Below, piece after piece: positions 40,698 through 54,993 of a DNA stretch of 64,000 nucleotides. How positions within the stretch are numbered: the first letter of the stretch is position 1; the number at the start of each line of letters is the position of its first letter. This stretch comes from Eledone cirrhosa (taxonomy: Eukaryota): the NCBI GenBank assembly GCA_964016885.1, contig CAXHJY010001656.1, positions 1-64,000 on the forward strand, in the 5' to 3' direction. The notes beneath the pieces are model-generated. The model saw only the letters and a list, made by a program, of their open reading frames with translations. It was not told the DNA's origin and ran no database searches. The position numbers and the translations under genes are program-made.

Positions 40698-41370
40698 CTA
40701 TCTCTTCTGTGTAATCATATTTCTTTCCCCTTTATACATGTCTCTCTTTCATTGGCTCTCAGCCATTCTCTCTGGTTCTCGTTTTTGATCACTAATATTA
40801 ACACATATTCCAACATCTCTCCCCCCTTTTCTGGTAAACTTGAAAATCTGCCGCAGCTAAAACTATCTAGGGTGTTGTGTTGTTGGTTGTTGGTTGAATG
40901 ACAAGCCCGTCCAAATGTTAAGGCTGTGTTGCTGAGATAGAAAAAGAGGATTCGGGTAGAGGTGGGGGTAATAAGACAGATATGTAAAGAGATGAGACTG
41001 TGAGAGGGGATGTGTAATAGGACAGACATACAGAGAGAGAGAGAGAGACGGATGGGAGGTGTGTAATAAGAGAGAGTCGAGGTATGTATTAGAAGTAGAG
41101 GTATAAAGGTAAAAAAAATCATTAGTATAAGATTAGGAAATCGAGAGAAAGATCGCGGTAAGAGCTGTACAGGGGGATGGGGGGGGGGGGTAGATAGAAA
41201 GTGAGATGTGAGAGGTGTAGTAAGAGAGAAAATCAGTGAAAGTAATGAAATAAGGACGTGGAGGCAAACTAACCCCTTACTTCTTTACCCCCCACCCCCT
41301 CACACCTACCATCAAATAGTGACAGATTAGCATCACTCGTGTAATTAAAGAAATTGCATATATATATACA

Positions 41371-41448
41371 CAGGGTGTCCCCCCAAAATGTATACACATT
41401 TCAACAGCATTGTAATCAAAGTGTGTATACATTTTTTGGGACACCCTG
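41371..41448. mobile_element. Tc1/mariner-type MITE, 78 bp
   Basis: TIRs CAGGGTGTCCC..AAAATGTATACACA / TGTGTATACATTTT..GGGACACCCTG. Confidence 0.75.
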
Positions 41449-42059
41449 TGTGTATATATATATATATATATATATGCTCGTGTCTGTGTGTATGCATTTA
41501 TCTATGTATAATGGTAAATAGTATCTATATTATATGCATGTATGTATATATATATATATGGAAAAAATGAAACGAAATTTCATTTCTCATATATATATGT
41601 GTGCATGTATGTATATATATATATATATATATATATACTTACTATTGTACGTCTGTATACATATATGTATGTACGTATACATCCTTATATATATATATAG
41701 TTTCTCATTAACTTATTTGCAATATATTCACACACACACACACATATATATGTATGTGGTGTATGTGTGTGTGTGTATGCATCTATTCCAAACATGGAAT
41801 ACATTAATGAGAAACATAAGATATATGCCCCAGCATGGCCGCAGTCTAAAGACCGAAACCAATACAATAAAATAAAAACAACTAAAATTTATTTAAACAA
41901 ACAAATTACTTTTTCTAGTTATAAAAGTCCAGAAAAGTTAACACACACACATACGTACACATACACATATGAAAGGAGGTTTGCTTTAATGTTGTCTGTA
42001 TTTATCTGTTGCATGTGTCTCTCTTCAGCACGTGTATATAATATATATATGTATATGTG

Positions 42060-42335
42060 TGTGGATGTATAACTGCCTGCTGCTTATGTATGTGTGTGTG
42101 TATTCTACATGTGTTATCTGTATGTGTGTTTGCCTGTTGTTTACGTATATGTGTGTGGATGTATGTTTTATATGGCTATTTGACTGCCTGCTGCTTACAC
42201 ATATGTGTGTACATGTATGTAGGACTGCCTGCTGCTTACATATATGTGTATATATGTATGTGTGACTGCCTGCTGCTTACATATACGTGTACATGTATGT
42301 GTGACTGCCTGCTGCTTACATATATGTGTACATGA
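42060..42335. repeat. ~40-bp degenerate minisatellite
   Basis: Recurrent GACTGCCTGCTGCTTACATATATGTGTA. Confidence 0.75.
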
Positions 42336-42444
42336 ATACACAACTGACTATATGTGTGTGTATGAATCTCTTATGTGGATGTGTGCTTAAGAGATTCATA
42401 CACACACATATAGTCAGTTGTACATTTATGTGGATGTGTGCTTA

Positions 42445-42678
42445 TCCCGTGGTGTGGAGTGACTGAGAATACAAGACCCCCTCCTCCCCGGACAGGATGC
42501 CAGTCCATCGCAGGGTTAAAACCCCAGCTGGTACTCATTTTCAGCTGACTATACTGGAGCAACGTGAAATGAAGTGTCTTGCTCAAGAACACAACACACA
42601 ACCCTGTCCAGTAATTCAACTCACGACATTACAATGTAAGCCGGAACACATTAACCACTAAGCCACGCGCCTCCACAA
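42445..42678 (-). mobile_element. tRNA-derived SINE (second family)
   Basis: Minus strand GGAGGCGCGTGGCTTAGTGG (A-box), GTGAGTTGAATTAC (B-box-like), GTTCTTGAGCAAGACACTTCATTTCAC; relatives at ~28100-28200, ~48960-49045, ~49535-49650. Confidence 0.7.
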
Positions 42679-43606
42679 TGTCTTTTTTATATACATCCAC
42701 ATTTATAGTAGTAGCGATACCAAGGAAAAGTCCAGAAAGTTAAGATGAAAAGAAGAGTCTGCCTGGTGCTATCTGTTATCTGTTGCATATGTCTTACAGA
42801 ACTTTTCGAAACAAAAACAAAAGTAACTTTAAAATAAAAATAAACTAGAGAGAGAGAAAACTAACGATGAAAGATAAAAGAAAGAAGGCTTTGCTCTTAT
42901 ATCTAAGAAATAACATCAGAGAGAAAAAGAAGGGGAGAGGGTGAGAGGTAGATAGATAAGCAGATAGACTGATATATGGATGAATAGGAAAACGAATAGT
43001 TAGATAGATATATTTCTTTATTTAGATAGGTAGATAGATAGATAGGCAGATAGATATATTTCTATGCAGATAGGAAGGTAGACAGATATCTTTCTTTATT
43101 TATTTATATTTTTATTTAAAAAAATTTTTTTAATATTTTTTATTTATTTATTCTTTATTAGATAGATAGATAGATAGCCAAACAAGTAGATAGGTTTTGG
43201 CTGTGCAGACGGGAGAAACCAAACTTTTACATGTGGAATGATATGTTTTATTGTAAGTGTACATAGGCGGATGTGAGCCAAACAACTATCAGGTTTAGTC
43301 CCTGGTCATCTTCATCACACTAGCCCATGACTTCCAAAACTGATGATCCCATCTTTTTCTTTTGTTTCTTCAGATATAAGATTACATCATACAATGTGTC
43401 ATTCCCTTTTCTTTTTAAAGAGAGTAGTGTACAATTTAAGAGATTTGACTGCTATTTCTAGCAAGTCGAGAACCCTTGTAACAAATTGGTTCGTCAGTCT
43501 TCGTTGTTGTTGTTAGCTCTAATTAGACTGATAAAAAAAAAAACCCATTAAAACCAAGGCTATCTCGTCTTATATTCGGTCGGGGATAGTATAATATGGG
43601 CTACAT

Positions 43607-43788
43607 TGGCAGTATCGGTAGAGGGTCGGACGCCATACTTTGACGTATAGAGTTACGACCCTTGCCATTCTGAGTTCAAATCTCGACGAGGTTAACTTTG
43701 CCTTTCATCCTTACGGGGTCGATAAAATAAAGTACCAGTAATGCACTGAGTATTTGCTGGCCTTGTGCCAAACGTAGAAACAATTATT
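43607..43788 (+). mobile_element. SINE family A
   Basis: A/B boxes, core, tail. Confidence 0.85.
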
Positions 43789-45448
43789 AATGTCTCCAGC
43801 ATTATTTCTTGAGGTCAGCTTTGACTTTCATCCTTCCGGAGTCGATAAAATAAAGTAGCAGTAAAGAACTCGGGTCGATATAATAGCCCCTCCCCCCACT
43901 CCACTCCTTAAAAAATGACTGGCTTTCTTGACGATAGTGTGTATAATTTGAAGGATATTTGGCTGCTATGTCGAGCGACCACATAGGTTTCCTCGCGCTA
44001 GGTCGGCTGTAATCAAAACTATCAAAGCCATGACTATTCGGGTTACATTATCCAATGGGTTCTTTTTATAAAGACTTTTTGATGTTTGAGGGATATTTGG
44101 CTGTTATTTCTAGCATCCATGTAGAGGTTACCACGATGGTTGCTAAAGTTATATGTATTAGTGAAGTAGAGACGGATGGAGGCAAGGCAGATAGTCAAAT
44201 GTTTATATATTCATCTTATCTTACCTACTACCTAACATACAAACTAGTGGTATATTTTGGTAGTCTCTAATTTATACACAGCTCTTTATAGACACTCGTG
44301 TGTGTGTATACATATATATATGTGTGTGTATACATATATATATGTGTGTGTATATATATATGTGCGTATGTATATATATATATATACACACACACACACA
44401 TCTCTCTATAGGCACTCATATATATACATACATACATCCCAAATATATAATTTATACACCTATAAATATATCTATACACATACCAGTCGGCCTAGAAATC
44501 TTTCTTCGTGTCCCCATCCTTCCCTTTGCCAGTCCCCACCCTCTCTATATCATCTCTATAAAGTAATATAAATTACATCTACATCCACCCAACAATTCTC
44601 TCTCCCTATCTATGTCTGTCTAGCAATATTTATCTATCTATCTATATCTGTCTATCTCTATCTATCTGTCTATTTACTTATCTATTTGTCTATTTACCTA
44701 CTTATCTCATCTATTTACAAATTCATCGCAAGCAATAACGCATCACTTCTACCACACACAAGAAGCAGGCAATCACGTACAAGACACACACAAGAAGCAG
44801 GCAATCACACACACAGTCACAGGCAATCACACACACACATGCAACAGATAAATTCAGGCTTCCTTTCATCTTAAACTTTTCTAGAATGAAATAAAAATGA
44901 AAACTTTTTAACTCGAGAAAGTTTTTCAGTATTCATCGGAGAGTTTTGTTTTTAAATCCATATTTACAGAAAAGAAATTAGACTTTCTTTGGTAGAATGG
45001 TATAGTAACTATAAACACTACACTACGCACGTGTACACTTACATATGCACACATACAAATACTCACACACACTTGCAAATGCACACACACATATACACAC
45101 TTGCGAATGCACATAGTCGCATTTACAAAAATATATGATATACATACATATATAGTACAAGCCGTTTATTATAAACGTGGGTAATGCCAGGAACCTGTTA
45201 TCGATATCCAAATATACTTCGTCCCAAACAAACTCTTTATTTGCTTAATGTTATCCGCCGCTTATTATGATCATCCAAAAGTGATCATTATAAGCGACTT
45301 CCTGGGTTTATAAATGTACTTACATGCACTGACACATAAGCATCTTTATTTTATATAGAATTTACTTCTACAGGACTAGAACAGTTTCATTCCTGATGTT
45401 TTCATACGAATGAAACAGCTCTAGTCCTGTAGAAGACATATCTATATC

Positions 45449-45499
<51 letters not shown>

Positions 45500-45666
45500 A
45501 GAACAACAAGAGGTTGGCCTTATGCTACGTCGTTTCTGGTGCGGGTTTGTAAAGACAAATCTAAGAAAGAATGAACTCGTGGAAGCCATGCTAGATAGGG
45601 ACAAGTAGAGAGGTATAACTATCAACGTTGTCCGAGGAAACTCGACATGATGATGATGATGGTGGT

Positions 45667-45859
45667 TAGGAAAAAGTATGACCCCGACGGTAGAGCTCAA
45701 GCCGTTTCGACGACTATTTCTAGTCCAGAAATAGCCGTCGAAACGGCTTGAGCTCTGCCGTCGGGGTCATACTTTTTCCTATTACCCACTCTACTACCCT
45801 AAGTATTGAGTACTTTGGTGCGTTATGGTCCATCTGGTTCCTTACCACAATTCCTTCGC
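45667..45859 (+). mobile_element. Short palindromic-head PLE derivative closest to the coding element
   Basis: TAGTCCAGAAATAGCCGTCGAAACGGCTTGAGCTC nearly matches the minus strand of 961-995; hairpin 45667-45781; short TA run after tail. Confidence 0.8.
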
Positions 45860-46094
45860 TATATATATAGGACAATTTCTAAACAACTCACCCACTAAAC
45901 CTTAACCATCATCATTGTCATCACCGTCAACAATAACAATATAAGCATAAATAATAAATCATGATAACAACACCAACTTTGTGAAAGGAGGAGTAGAGAA
46001 AGATAGATACTTGTTGATAAGTATCTATTTTATAGTCATCCACTCTCTCTTTCTCCCTCCCTCTCTTTCTCTGTATATCTATATATGTGCCTAG

Positions 46095-46178
<84 letters not shown>

Positions 46179-49100
46179 AACTTTTACCTAGTACTATATA
46201 TATATATATGTATATACACACACACACACATTGACTGACTGACTGACAGAAAAGTTTGTTGGCAAATCCAGCTATCCTTCCTCCCCAACTCTGCCCAGCC
46301 CAACACACCACCACAACCTCCATCACCACACATCACACATCACACATCTTACACACACCCTCATTACAAACTATTCAGGAGGAATTGGCTTATGAAACGT
46401 TAAAAGGTGGATGGATACTTTCAAAGAAAATTCGAACAATTAATATCTCGAAAGACAGATAACTGGATTTTACGCATTTTATATATTTATAAACTTATTC
46501 ACGAACGAATCTCATATATGTATATATATATTATATATATACATACAATCAATGTCTGAAGAGCCGGCGGCACGTTGGGGAAACTAAAGCAACAGGCAAA
46601 TGGATCTTAGCCTTTATAAAAATCGATAAATCTCTACTGTGGGATTAAGTATCCCCTTTAGCGTCCGACAATACTGACGGATATATAAATAAATAAATAT
46701 ATATATATATATATATATACCTTACTGTGGTTAACCCCGATTGAACCCGGGATAAACTTATATATATAATATACAATTATATATATATATATATATATAT
46801 ACAATTGGTCTATACGTTTACTTACAAAACAACCAGGATGTTTAAACATGTGTGAATGAAAAGTTGGAAACTTTCTAGTTGAAAAAGTTGGATTAACTTA
46901 TACAAGCGAGTGATCAGCGAATTACAAATTTTGTTTATTTATTTCTCACACAAGGAATGTAACGATTATAAGGAAAACGAAACAACGAAGTTACTACTAT
47001 GTTTGGAATTTGTTTACTTTTAAACAGGATAAATTTACATATTGGATTATTATAATAACCCACGATGGATTTATTTACCGTAATGTTTTTTTGTTATTAA
47101 TCTCAACTGAAAAAAAAAAATCCTCAACTCACAAATACATACACGCACACACCTACACACATACACACACAACATATTTTATGTTGTATATGTGTAGATA
47201 TTTATATATATAATATATAAATGCATCTATTTATATAGATCCTTTATGTGTGAATTATACATAAATACATATATAATCATTTAGATTTTCTTTTTATTGT
47301 TTTTATTTTGCACAAGTAAGGAAATTTCCTATATCAATAATTAAGCATTATGTAGACACACACACACGCTCACACACGCGCACACACACACACACACATA
47401 CATACACACTGAATTTATAGCAACAAGTTTGTTTAGAAAAGTTAAGAAAACATACAAAATCAAGAAGAAAACACGTGAAGTACCCCAACCTCCCTCACAT
47501 CACCCACATCTTATTTCTATCTCTTTCTAAGCACATCATCATCATCATCATCATCATATCTCCAGCATCTTGAAGTGTTTATATTATCTCTCTCTCACCA
47601 CCTCTCTTTCTATCTGTCTACTTATATCTATATATATATATTTGTGTATGTATGTATGTGTGTTGCATGAAGTTGATAAAAATATAATTTTTATCACATG
47701 GTATATCTAATTAATTAATTAATTAATTGATATCGAATCGTTCAATTAATTAACCAACTACTCAATCAAGTATTTTAATAATTTATTTATTTTTGTATTT
47801 CTGTGGTTGTTCTTATAGTGTCCTTTGTTTTTGTAATAGATGCTGTTGTTGTTGTTGTCAATGCCAATATCATTCACTTTGACATCGTTATCATCATCAT
47901 CATCGCCGTCGTTATTATCATTGCCATCATCGTCATCATCCTTTTTTTTTTCATTAGCCTTATCGTTCTGAATTCATTTACTAACAAACTTTCACCAACC
48001 AGCTAATCATCCAACGAAACTTCTATAGCTACACTCACACACGCACACACACACACACAGACAATTCACAAACACACTTATAATATATATGTGTGTGAGT
48101 GTGAGTATGTTTGTGTGTATTTATCTTCATACATGTAAATATTTATTATAATAAAAAAAAAAAGAAGGGAAAAATATATTTTTTAAAAATAGTAAAACAT
48201 CTCCCACGTCCCCCCTTTTTATTCTCTCTGTCTACACGTTTCTCGTCCTCATCCCCACCGCCTCCTTACCAACTTGTGCTGGTCAGAATGGCCCTTTTCT
48301 CTGACAATCTTTTACCAAAGTACCCTGTTCGATTTACTGCTTGGATATGTACCCTGGTTGTGGTGATATAGAAATACTGTATCGATTCTTCCATGCTTCG
48401 AAAGTGAAATGGATTTTGTCATTCTCAAAGTGAGTATACATTGAGACCACCTTTATTATTCTATATTCTATTATATTATTTTATATTATATTATTCTGTA
48501 TTATATTATACTATATTATACTATATTATATATGTATATCTCTTGTTTATTTATGTAATCCTGTGTTTTTGTTTAAATTGGTCAAAGATGGAAAGGAGTG
48601 CTCTAATTTTTTTCAGTGTCTCCGAAATTGTGGGTAGGTCAAGGAGTGAGTTATCGTTATGTCTGACACCTGATCCGAATACTTGCAACATAGGTAACTC
48701 CACTAAAGTTACCCTAAGATCAAGTGGACTGTGGTTTAAATCACTTAACTGATATAATGTCTACTATCATCCAAAAACTCTGAATCTATCCATCACCGTG
48801 GAGTGGTAGATTTCATTTTAAAAAGAAATAAAGCCGATCGTTAAATCAGACCAATGGAAACGGTGCTTCCATAATGGAAACGAAGCTTCCATTGGTCTTC
48901 CATTGTCGATACTATCTGTCCCTAGCAACTCCTGGTAGAAGAAGCAACGCGTAATAAAATATTTTGCTCAATAAGACAACTCGCCGCCCGGTCTATGAAT
49001 CGAACTCACGACCTTGTTGTGATAATGAGTCCAACACCTTAACCAAAAAGATGACAGGTAAAATTAAAAGTTGCCTTTTGCTGGAGTTAAACTCGTGAGT

Positions 49101-49221
49101 GCAGTCTACACGAAGGAATACAACAAAGTATTTTGTCCTGTACCGTAATAAATCCAATTCAGCAAAATTTCGTAAATCAAAATACATAGGATTTCATGAA
49201 ATTATATGAATTATTAAGAAA

Positions 49222-49412
49222 GGGCGGTGGATTGGCAGTATCAGTAGAGGGTCGGACGCCATGCTTTCCAGCATAGTTACGTCCCTTTACGATCTGAGTT
49301 CAAATCCCGCCGAGGTTGACTTTGCCTTTCATCCTTACGGGGTCGATAAAATAAAGTACCAGTAATGCACTGGTTAATTGCTAGCCTTGTGCCTAAAGTA
49401 GAGACAATTATT
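49222..49412 (+). mobile_element. Full-length SINE family A with TSD AATTATTAAGAAAG
   Basis: GGCGGTGGATTGGCAG head, B-box, core, tail; 14-bp duplication at both ends. Confidence 0.88.
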
Positions 49413-50297
49413 AAGAAAGTTATGAGATAGGGAATCTTTGACAATAGAGCTTGAAATAAGAAAACAAAAATATCTCGTCTGATACACATTAGGTTTCAGA
49501 TTAGGGCTAGGGTTAGAGTTCGTTACACTTGGGAACGAGATGGTCTAGTTGTTGGGGTATTAAATTCACGATGTTAGGTCGTGGGTACAATTCCTGGACT
49601 GGGCGGTGAGTTGTGTTCTTGAACAAGACACTTATTTCACATTGCTTTTCATGATAGGACTGTATACTTTCTCATCAAAACCACCATAGAAACCTCTCAA
49701 TGTGATGCAACCTGGTAAGAGACCAACTAAACCTGTATTGCTGTGAGCTGTAAATTTTATTTCAATTTTCAGCGTTGGGTTTTGTTAGGGTTAAGACTTC
49801 CTTGTCCGCTCGCGCGCGCGCGTGTGTATATGAGAGAGAGAGAGAGAGGGGGGGGGGGGTCATGCTCAATGAATTCTGTAAACCAGGGAAGATATTTTAA
49901 TTTTCTTATTTCAAGCCCTGTTGTCAGTGGTACCTGTAGTATTCTGTCTTGATTTTAAAGACAACAATTCTTCGATTCGAGTAAATTTGAGTGTTGAGAA
50001 TGTCTCGATATAATCTGGTCTAAGGTAGTTTTGCTTGATATAAGCTGCTCTAAGGTAGTCTCGCTTTAAGTTTATACCAAAGTAGGTACTACCGACACCT
50101 TGAGTTGCTGGGAAACATAGAGGATGGGGGTGGGAGTATTGAAAGACAATGGGTAGGATGGGGGTGATTAAAAAGGCAAGGGAGAAAGGAGGGAGGAAAA
50201 GTGCAAAGAATACAAATTACTAGTATTTGCTCGTAAAACTGATATTTTTAGTTATTCAATAAATACTTAAATAAAATACGTTGATACAGCAATCATT

Positions 50298-50688
50298 AGA
50301 TTCTCGGTTTGATCCCACTGAACGGCATCTTAGACAAGTTCTTTGGTTTAATCTCACTGTATTGCGTCTTAGACAAGTTCCTCAGTTTAATCCCACTGCA
50401 AGGTATCTTAGACAAGTTCCTCGGTTTGATCCCACTGTACGACATCTTAGACAAGTTCTTTGGTTTGATCTCACTGTACAACATCTTAGACAAGTTCCTC
50501 AGTTTGATCCCACTGCACGGCATCTTAGACAAGTTCCTCAGTTTAATCTCACTGTACTGCGTCTTAGGCAAGTTCCTCAGTTTGATCCCACTGTACGACA
50601 TCTTAGACAAGTTCTTTGGTTTGATCTCACTGTACGACATCTTAGACAAGTTCCTCGGTTTGACCCGACTGCACGGCATCTTAGACAG
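50298..50688. repeat. Minisatellite, 39-bp unit, ~10 copies, SINE B-box derived
   Basis: CATCTTAGACAAGTTCCTCGGTTTGATCCCACTGYACGR. Confidence 0.9.
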
Positions 50689-51180
50689 AAATCGATGAAG
50701 GTACATTTCAAATAAAATTTTACAAAGGTAAATGTTTACTATTACACCCGTCTCGCTTGGTTTTGGATGCGTTAATGAAGCGTTTTGAACGAATCGACCA
50801 TTAAAACCATCAGAAAATATACGATTTCTTTTAGTCAACTAGGAGCGGGGGAACCCTCGGAGTTCACATGTTTGCAGGAGAACATTAACAATCGTCTCGC
50901 TTGGAAGGTGAAATGTATGTTTTTATTATGGTTTTTGATGTGTTTTGAACGAATCGCTGGACATTATGGTGGTGGTCTTGGTGGTGGTTGTGGAGTCAAG
51001 AAGTGGTAGTGGTTTGTGGTGTTTGTGGCTTGTGGTGGTGGCTTGAGGTGGTGGTAGTGATGGTGGCTTATGAGAGATCAAAATCTGTTTGTACATGTGT
51101 TTGTGCTTGTATACATCTATATGTATGCTTGTGTGTTCCTGTGTATGGATATATGTATATATATTTGTGTACGTGGTAAA

Positions 51181-51285
51181 TAATAATTGTTTCTATTTTT
51201 GGCACAAGGCCAGCAATTACCCAATGCATTACTGGTACTTTATTTTATCGACCCCGGAAGGATGAAAGGCAAAGTTAACCTCGGC
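51181..51285 (-). mobile_element. SINE family A, 3' half
   Basis: Reverse complement of core and tail. Confidence 0.8.
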
Positions 51286-51477
51286 TTGGTGACACTAATC
51301 AAAATAACAATTATTAAAACTTAAAATTCAATATATAGTTTTGTATCAACTTTACGGTGTGTGTATTTGAGTTGTGTTGGCGCTGATGAAATATATATCG
51401 TTTGTGAAAATCTGGTCTAGTCCAACCAAAAATAGTGTTGTCGAAGGAAATCAATAATTATTTTTTGTCCGCTAGGT

Positions 51478-51810
51478 GCTGCAGCAATGGCTGTTGTAGT
51501 TATGTAGTTTGCTTCGCAACCATGTGGTTCCGGGTTCAGTCTCACTACGTGGCACCTTGGACAAATGTCGTCTATAGCCTCGGGTTGACTGGTGCCTTGT
51601 GAGTGGAAATTGGTTGACAAAAGAAAGTGTAAAAGCCCTTCGTGTGTGTGTGTCGTAACGTAGCGATTCGACAAAACAAAATCGATAAAATAAGCCTTAC
51701 TACTACACTTGAAGAAATAAGTACTGAGGTCATTATGATCGACTAAACTCCCTTCAAGGTGTTGCTCCAGCTTGACCACAGTCTATTGACTGAAACCAGT
51801 AAAAGAATAT
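51478..51810 (+). mobile_element. tRNA-derived CORE-like SINE
   Basis: TGGCTGTTGTAG A-box-like, CCGGGTTCAGTCTCACT B-box-like, GGCACCTTGGACAAATGTC. Confidence 0.6.
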
Positions 51811-52028
51811 TCATCAATTGAATGAGACGGATGACACCTCTCATTCGCAATGTCTTCATAACCTAACAGAACAGAACAAACAAGAAAACTAAGGGTAAAA
51901 AACATACCTTGCAACTGTAAGGATATGGTTATTTCATACAGAGTAGGGGATATGGAGTTAAAGAAAGGAAATGGAGCTTCTTCTTCTTCACCCTTTATTC
52001 CTGGAAGGGTCGTGGAGGCAGAGACCTC

Positions 52029-52160
52029 AAACATGCCGTCCAGTGGGTCTTTTCAGAAGCAACTATCTCCAACTAATCAGGCAGGATCCCCCAAACATGC
52101 CGTTCAGTGGGTCCTTTCAGAAGCAACCATCTCCAACTTATCAGGCAGGATCCCCAAACA
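52029..52160. repeat. ~65-bp tandem duplication
   Basis: AAACATGCCGT.CAGTGGGTC...TCAGGCAGGATCCCC occurs twice. Confidence 0.85.
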
Positions 52161-52996
52161 AGACTAACCGAGCTTATGTTTGTTATCCAACCATTTTGCT
52201 CGGCGTCTACCTCTGGATCTCCCGCCGGTTGATTTAGCCCGTAACATTCAGTTTACGGAAATGGAGCAAATTAAGAACATATAAATGCCCGAATGTGATA
52301 ACGCATGGCGTCGTTGTTTGATTTCAATGTTTAGTATTTGGGGAAAGTGCCATTTGCCATAAACTCGGTACAATCCAAGCTGTGTGTATGGGTAGTGTTT
52401 GGAAGTTCGTCTGGTAGATTTTACAGGTAATTCAAAGGGCCAGCCTTGTTATACGATGTCATGCTGAATTTCCCCGAGAATCTAAACTATAATAAAGTAA
52501 GGAGCGCGGGACTGCGTACGGTTTATAATTTGTTATCCCGTTAGTAAAATAAGTTGGATCTAAATTTCGTGGCTGTTCATTAAATATATTTTATTATTTA
52601 TTTAAAGATTCACTTCTTTAAAATTTTCAAATGTCAACACTTCCGGTGGCGATCGCTTAAATAAACATACTAATTTTCTGTCACTAATTTTCTCCTAATG
52701 CAGTTTATATATAATATCGTCTTTTTTAATATATCATGGATTACGTTACTGATTACATCAGAGAGTGTAACTCAGTCTTCGTTCAATTTCTGTGTATATT
52801 GTCAATTACGATTTTATTTGATGTATCATATCTACATACATATATACCTACGTATAATATCAATATACACACTACACATGCTAGCAGAAAACGACCCGAA
52901 GGGTGGTTTTTCTGATAGTTACATTAAAGGTGCTACGGATAGTGGAATGCTCAGCCACTTTCACGTTAATGTCACTAGCAGACTGTACCATTGATA

Positions 52997-53093
52997 TAAT
53001 TGTTTCTACTTTTGGCACAAGGCAAGCAATTAACCCAGGGTATTACTGGTACTTTATTTTATCGACCCCGTAAGGATGAAAAGCAAAGTTAAC
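52997..53093 (-). mobile_element. SINE family A, 3' half
   Basis: Reverse complement of core and tail. Confidence 0.8.
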
Positions 53094-53231
53094 CAGTTAA
53101 TAACTGGAAAACACACATCGCCGAAACTGACTGAGATTTATTCCCATATTAAATCCTAGATATGAATAGAATTCATAATGTGCATATCTGTGTTGTGTGT
53201 ATATATGTATTCATATAGATGTGTGTGTATG

Positions 53232-53275
<44 letters not shown>

Positions 53276-53602
53276 CACATATGTATACACACACACACAC
53301 ACATATATATAGTTATGTATGTGTGGTTTATGCTATACGTACGACTGCTTCTTACCCCCATGATGTGTTTATATAATAATTCGGCGGTATATACATATGC
53401 CCATATATGTAATACTTATTGCTTGGCACAGGGTATTTGGTGCGTGAGTGCAGGGCAGCTGTTTTACCTTCCATACGCACATACTCTCATACATATATAC
53501 TCGCACACACACACACATTTGTTGATTTTTCACCATATCAGTCAATGATAGATGGACGGGGTAGTAGTGGAAACTGACTTTCATGCCGTTCCCATGGGCA
53601 TT

Positions 53603-53925
53603 AGGTTAGCTTTGCCTTTCATCCTGACAGGGTCGATAAAACAAAGTACCAGTAACAAACTGAGGTCGATTTAATAGACTTCCTCCTCTCCCAAAAATGT
53701 GTTGGCCTTGTGCCTATATCAGAAACGGTTATTATTATCGGTAGAGCGTCTGACATGTTTTGCGGTGTATAGTTACGTCCTTTTACGTTATGAGTTCAAA
53801 TCCCTCTCAGGTTAGCTTTGCCTTTCATACTTACTGGGTCGATAAAATAAAGTACCAGTAACGCACTGGAGTCGATTTAATCTACTTCCTCCCCACCCCA
53901 CCAAATTGTTGGCCTTGTGCCTAAA
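53603..53925 (+). mobile_element. Two tandem SINE A subfamily copies with an extra ~35-bp segment before the tail
   Basis: Core followed by GTCGATTTAAT.GACTTCCTC before TGGCCTTGTGCC. Confidence 0.75.
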
Positions 53926-54821
53926 TCGTCCGTTACAGTGCGTTTAATTAAAATTATTTATGTTCTGTGCAGACTTCTAGGGTTTTCCAAACACAACTGC
54001 TCAAGCAAACAGTCTCTTTATTTCCGTCCAAACACATCACATTTATATATGTTTGAATATGTGCCTGTCCTCACACAAACACACACAAACATATATATAT
54101 ATATATATATACACATACACACCCACACTATAATTTTGCACTGGTGTGCAAAGTCATTGCTAAAAAGGACTCAATACAGCCATAGAATGAATAAGAATAA
54201 TTTAAACTTAGTTCGCCTATATAATATATCTTGTGTGTGCGTGTGTGCTACTGGGTTGTTAATGAAAAGCCATCGTGAAGATAAAAAGCGTTCATTAGGT
54301 CGGAGTGTCTGTTAAGTTGCAGGCAACAGTTAAAGAGACCATTTTAATACACGCTATATACGAAACAGCAGTTAGTTATGTATCGTTGTTTCTTTGTAAA
54401 TATTCTGGTTATATCATTTATTATATACTATCTAAATTAATATGAAGTATTTTTTTCTTTTATTCTTTTGCTGGCTTCAGTCTTTAGACTACGGCCATGC
54501 AACAGCACTGTCTTAAAGTCGACCATGTTGACTCCTGTAGATATTTTTATATCTGTTAATTATTTTATCGATTTTTTTTTTGTCGAACTGCTAACTTATT
54601 AAGCATAACCGGAGACTAACATAAACACACACACACACACACACACACACCACATACACATGCAGATCCATCTACCAAATTTCACACATAAGGCTGATTG
54701 ATTGATTGGAGGCTATACTAGGAGAGACTTGTCCAAGGTTCCATGCAGTGGGACAGAAACCCCAACCACGAGGTTGCAAAGTGAACGCCTTAATCACACA
54801 ACCAAACTTACGTCCATTATA

Positions 54822-54993
54822 ATCGGTAGAGCGACGAACAACATGCTTTGCAGCATAGTTACGGCCCTTTACGGTTTGAGTTCAAATCCCGCCGAGGTTA
54901 ACTTTGCCTTTCATCCTTACGAGGTCGATAAAATAAAGTACCAGTGGTGCACTGGAGTAATTGCTGGCTTTGTGCCAAAAGTAGAAACCATTA
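54822..54993 (+). mobile_element. SINE family A
   Basis: B-box, core, tail. Confidence 0.85.

Noticed and set aside
46550-46596. Hammerhead-like CTGAAGA...GAAA
   Set aside because: Helix II closure is mismatched and there is no NUH triplet (GCA)
50281-50838. Repeat-protein ORFs (13-aa periodicity)
   Set aside because: Open in several frames and both strands because the 39-bp unit is a multiple of 3; no domain support
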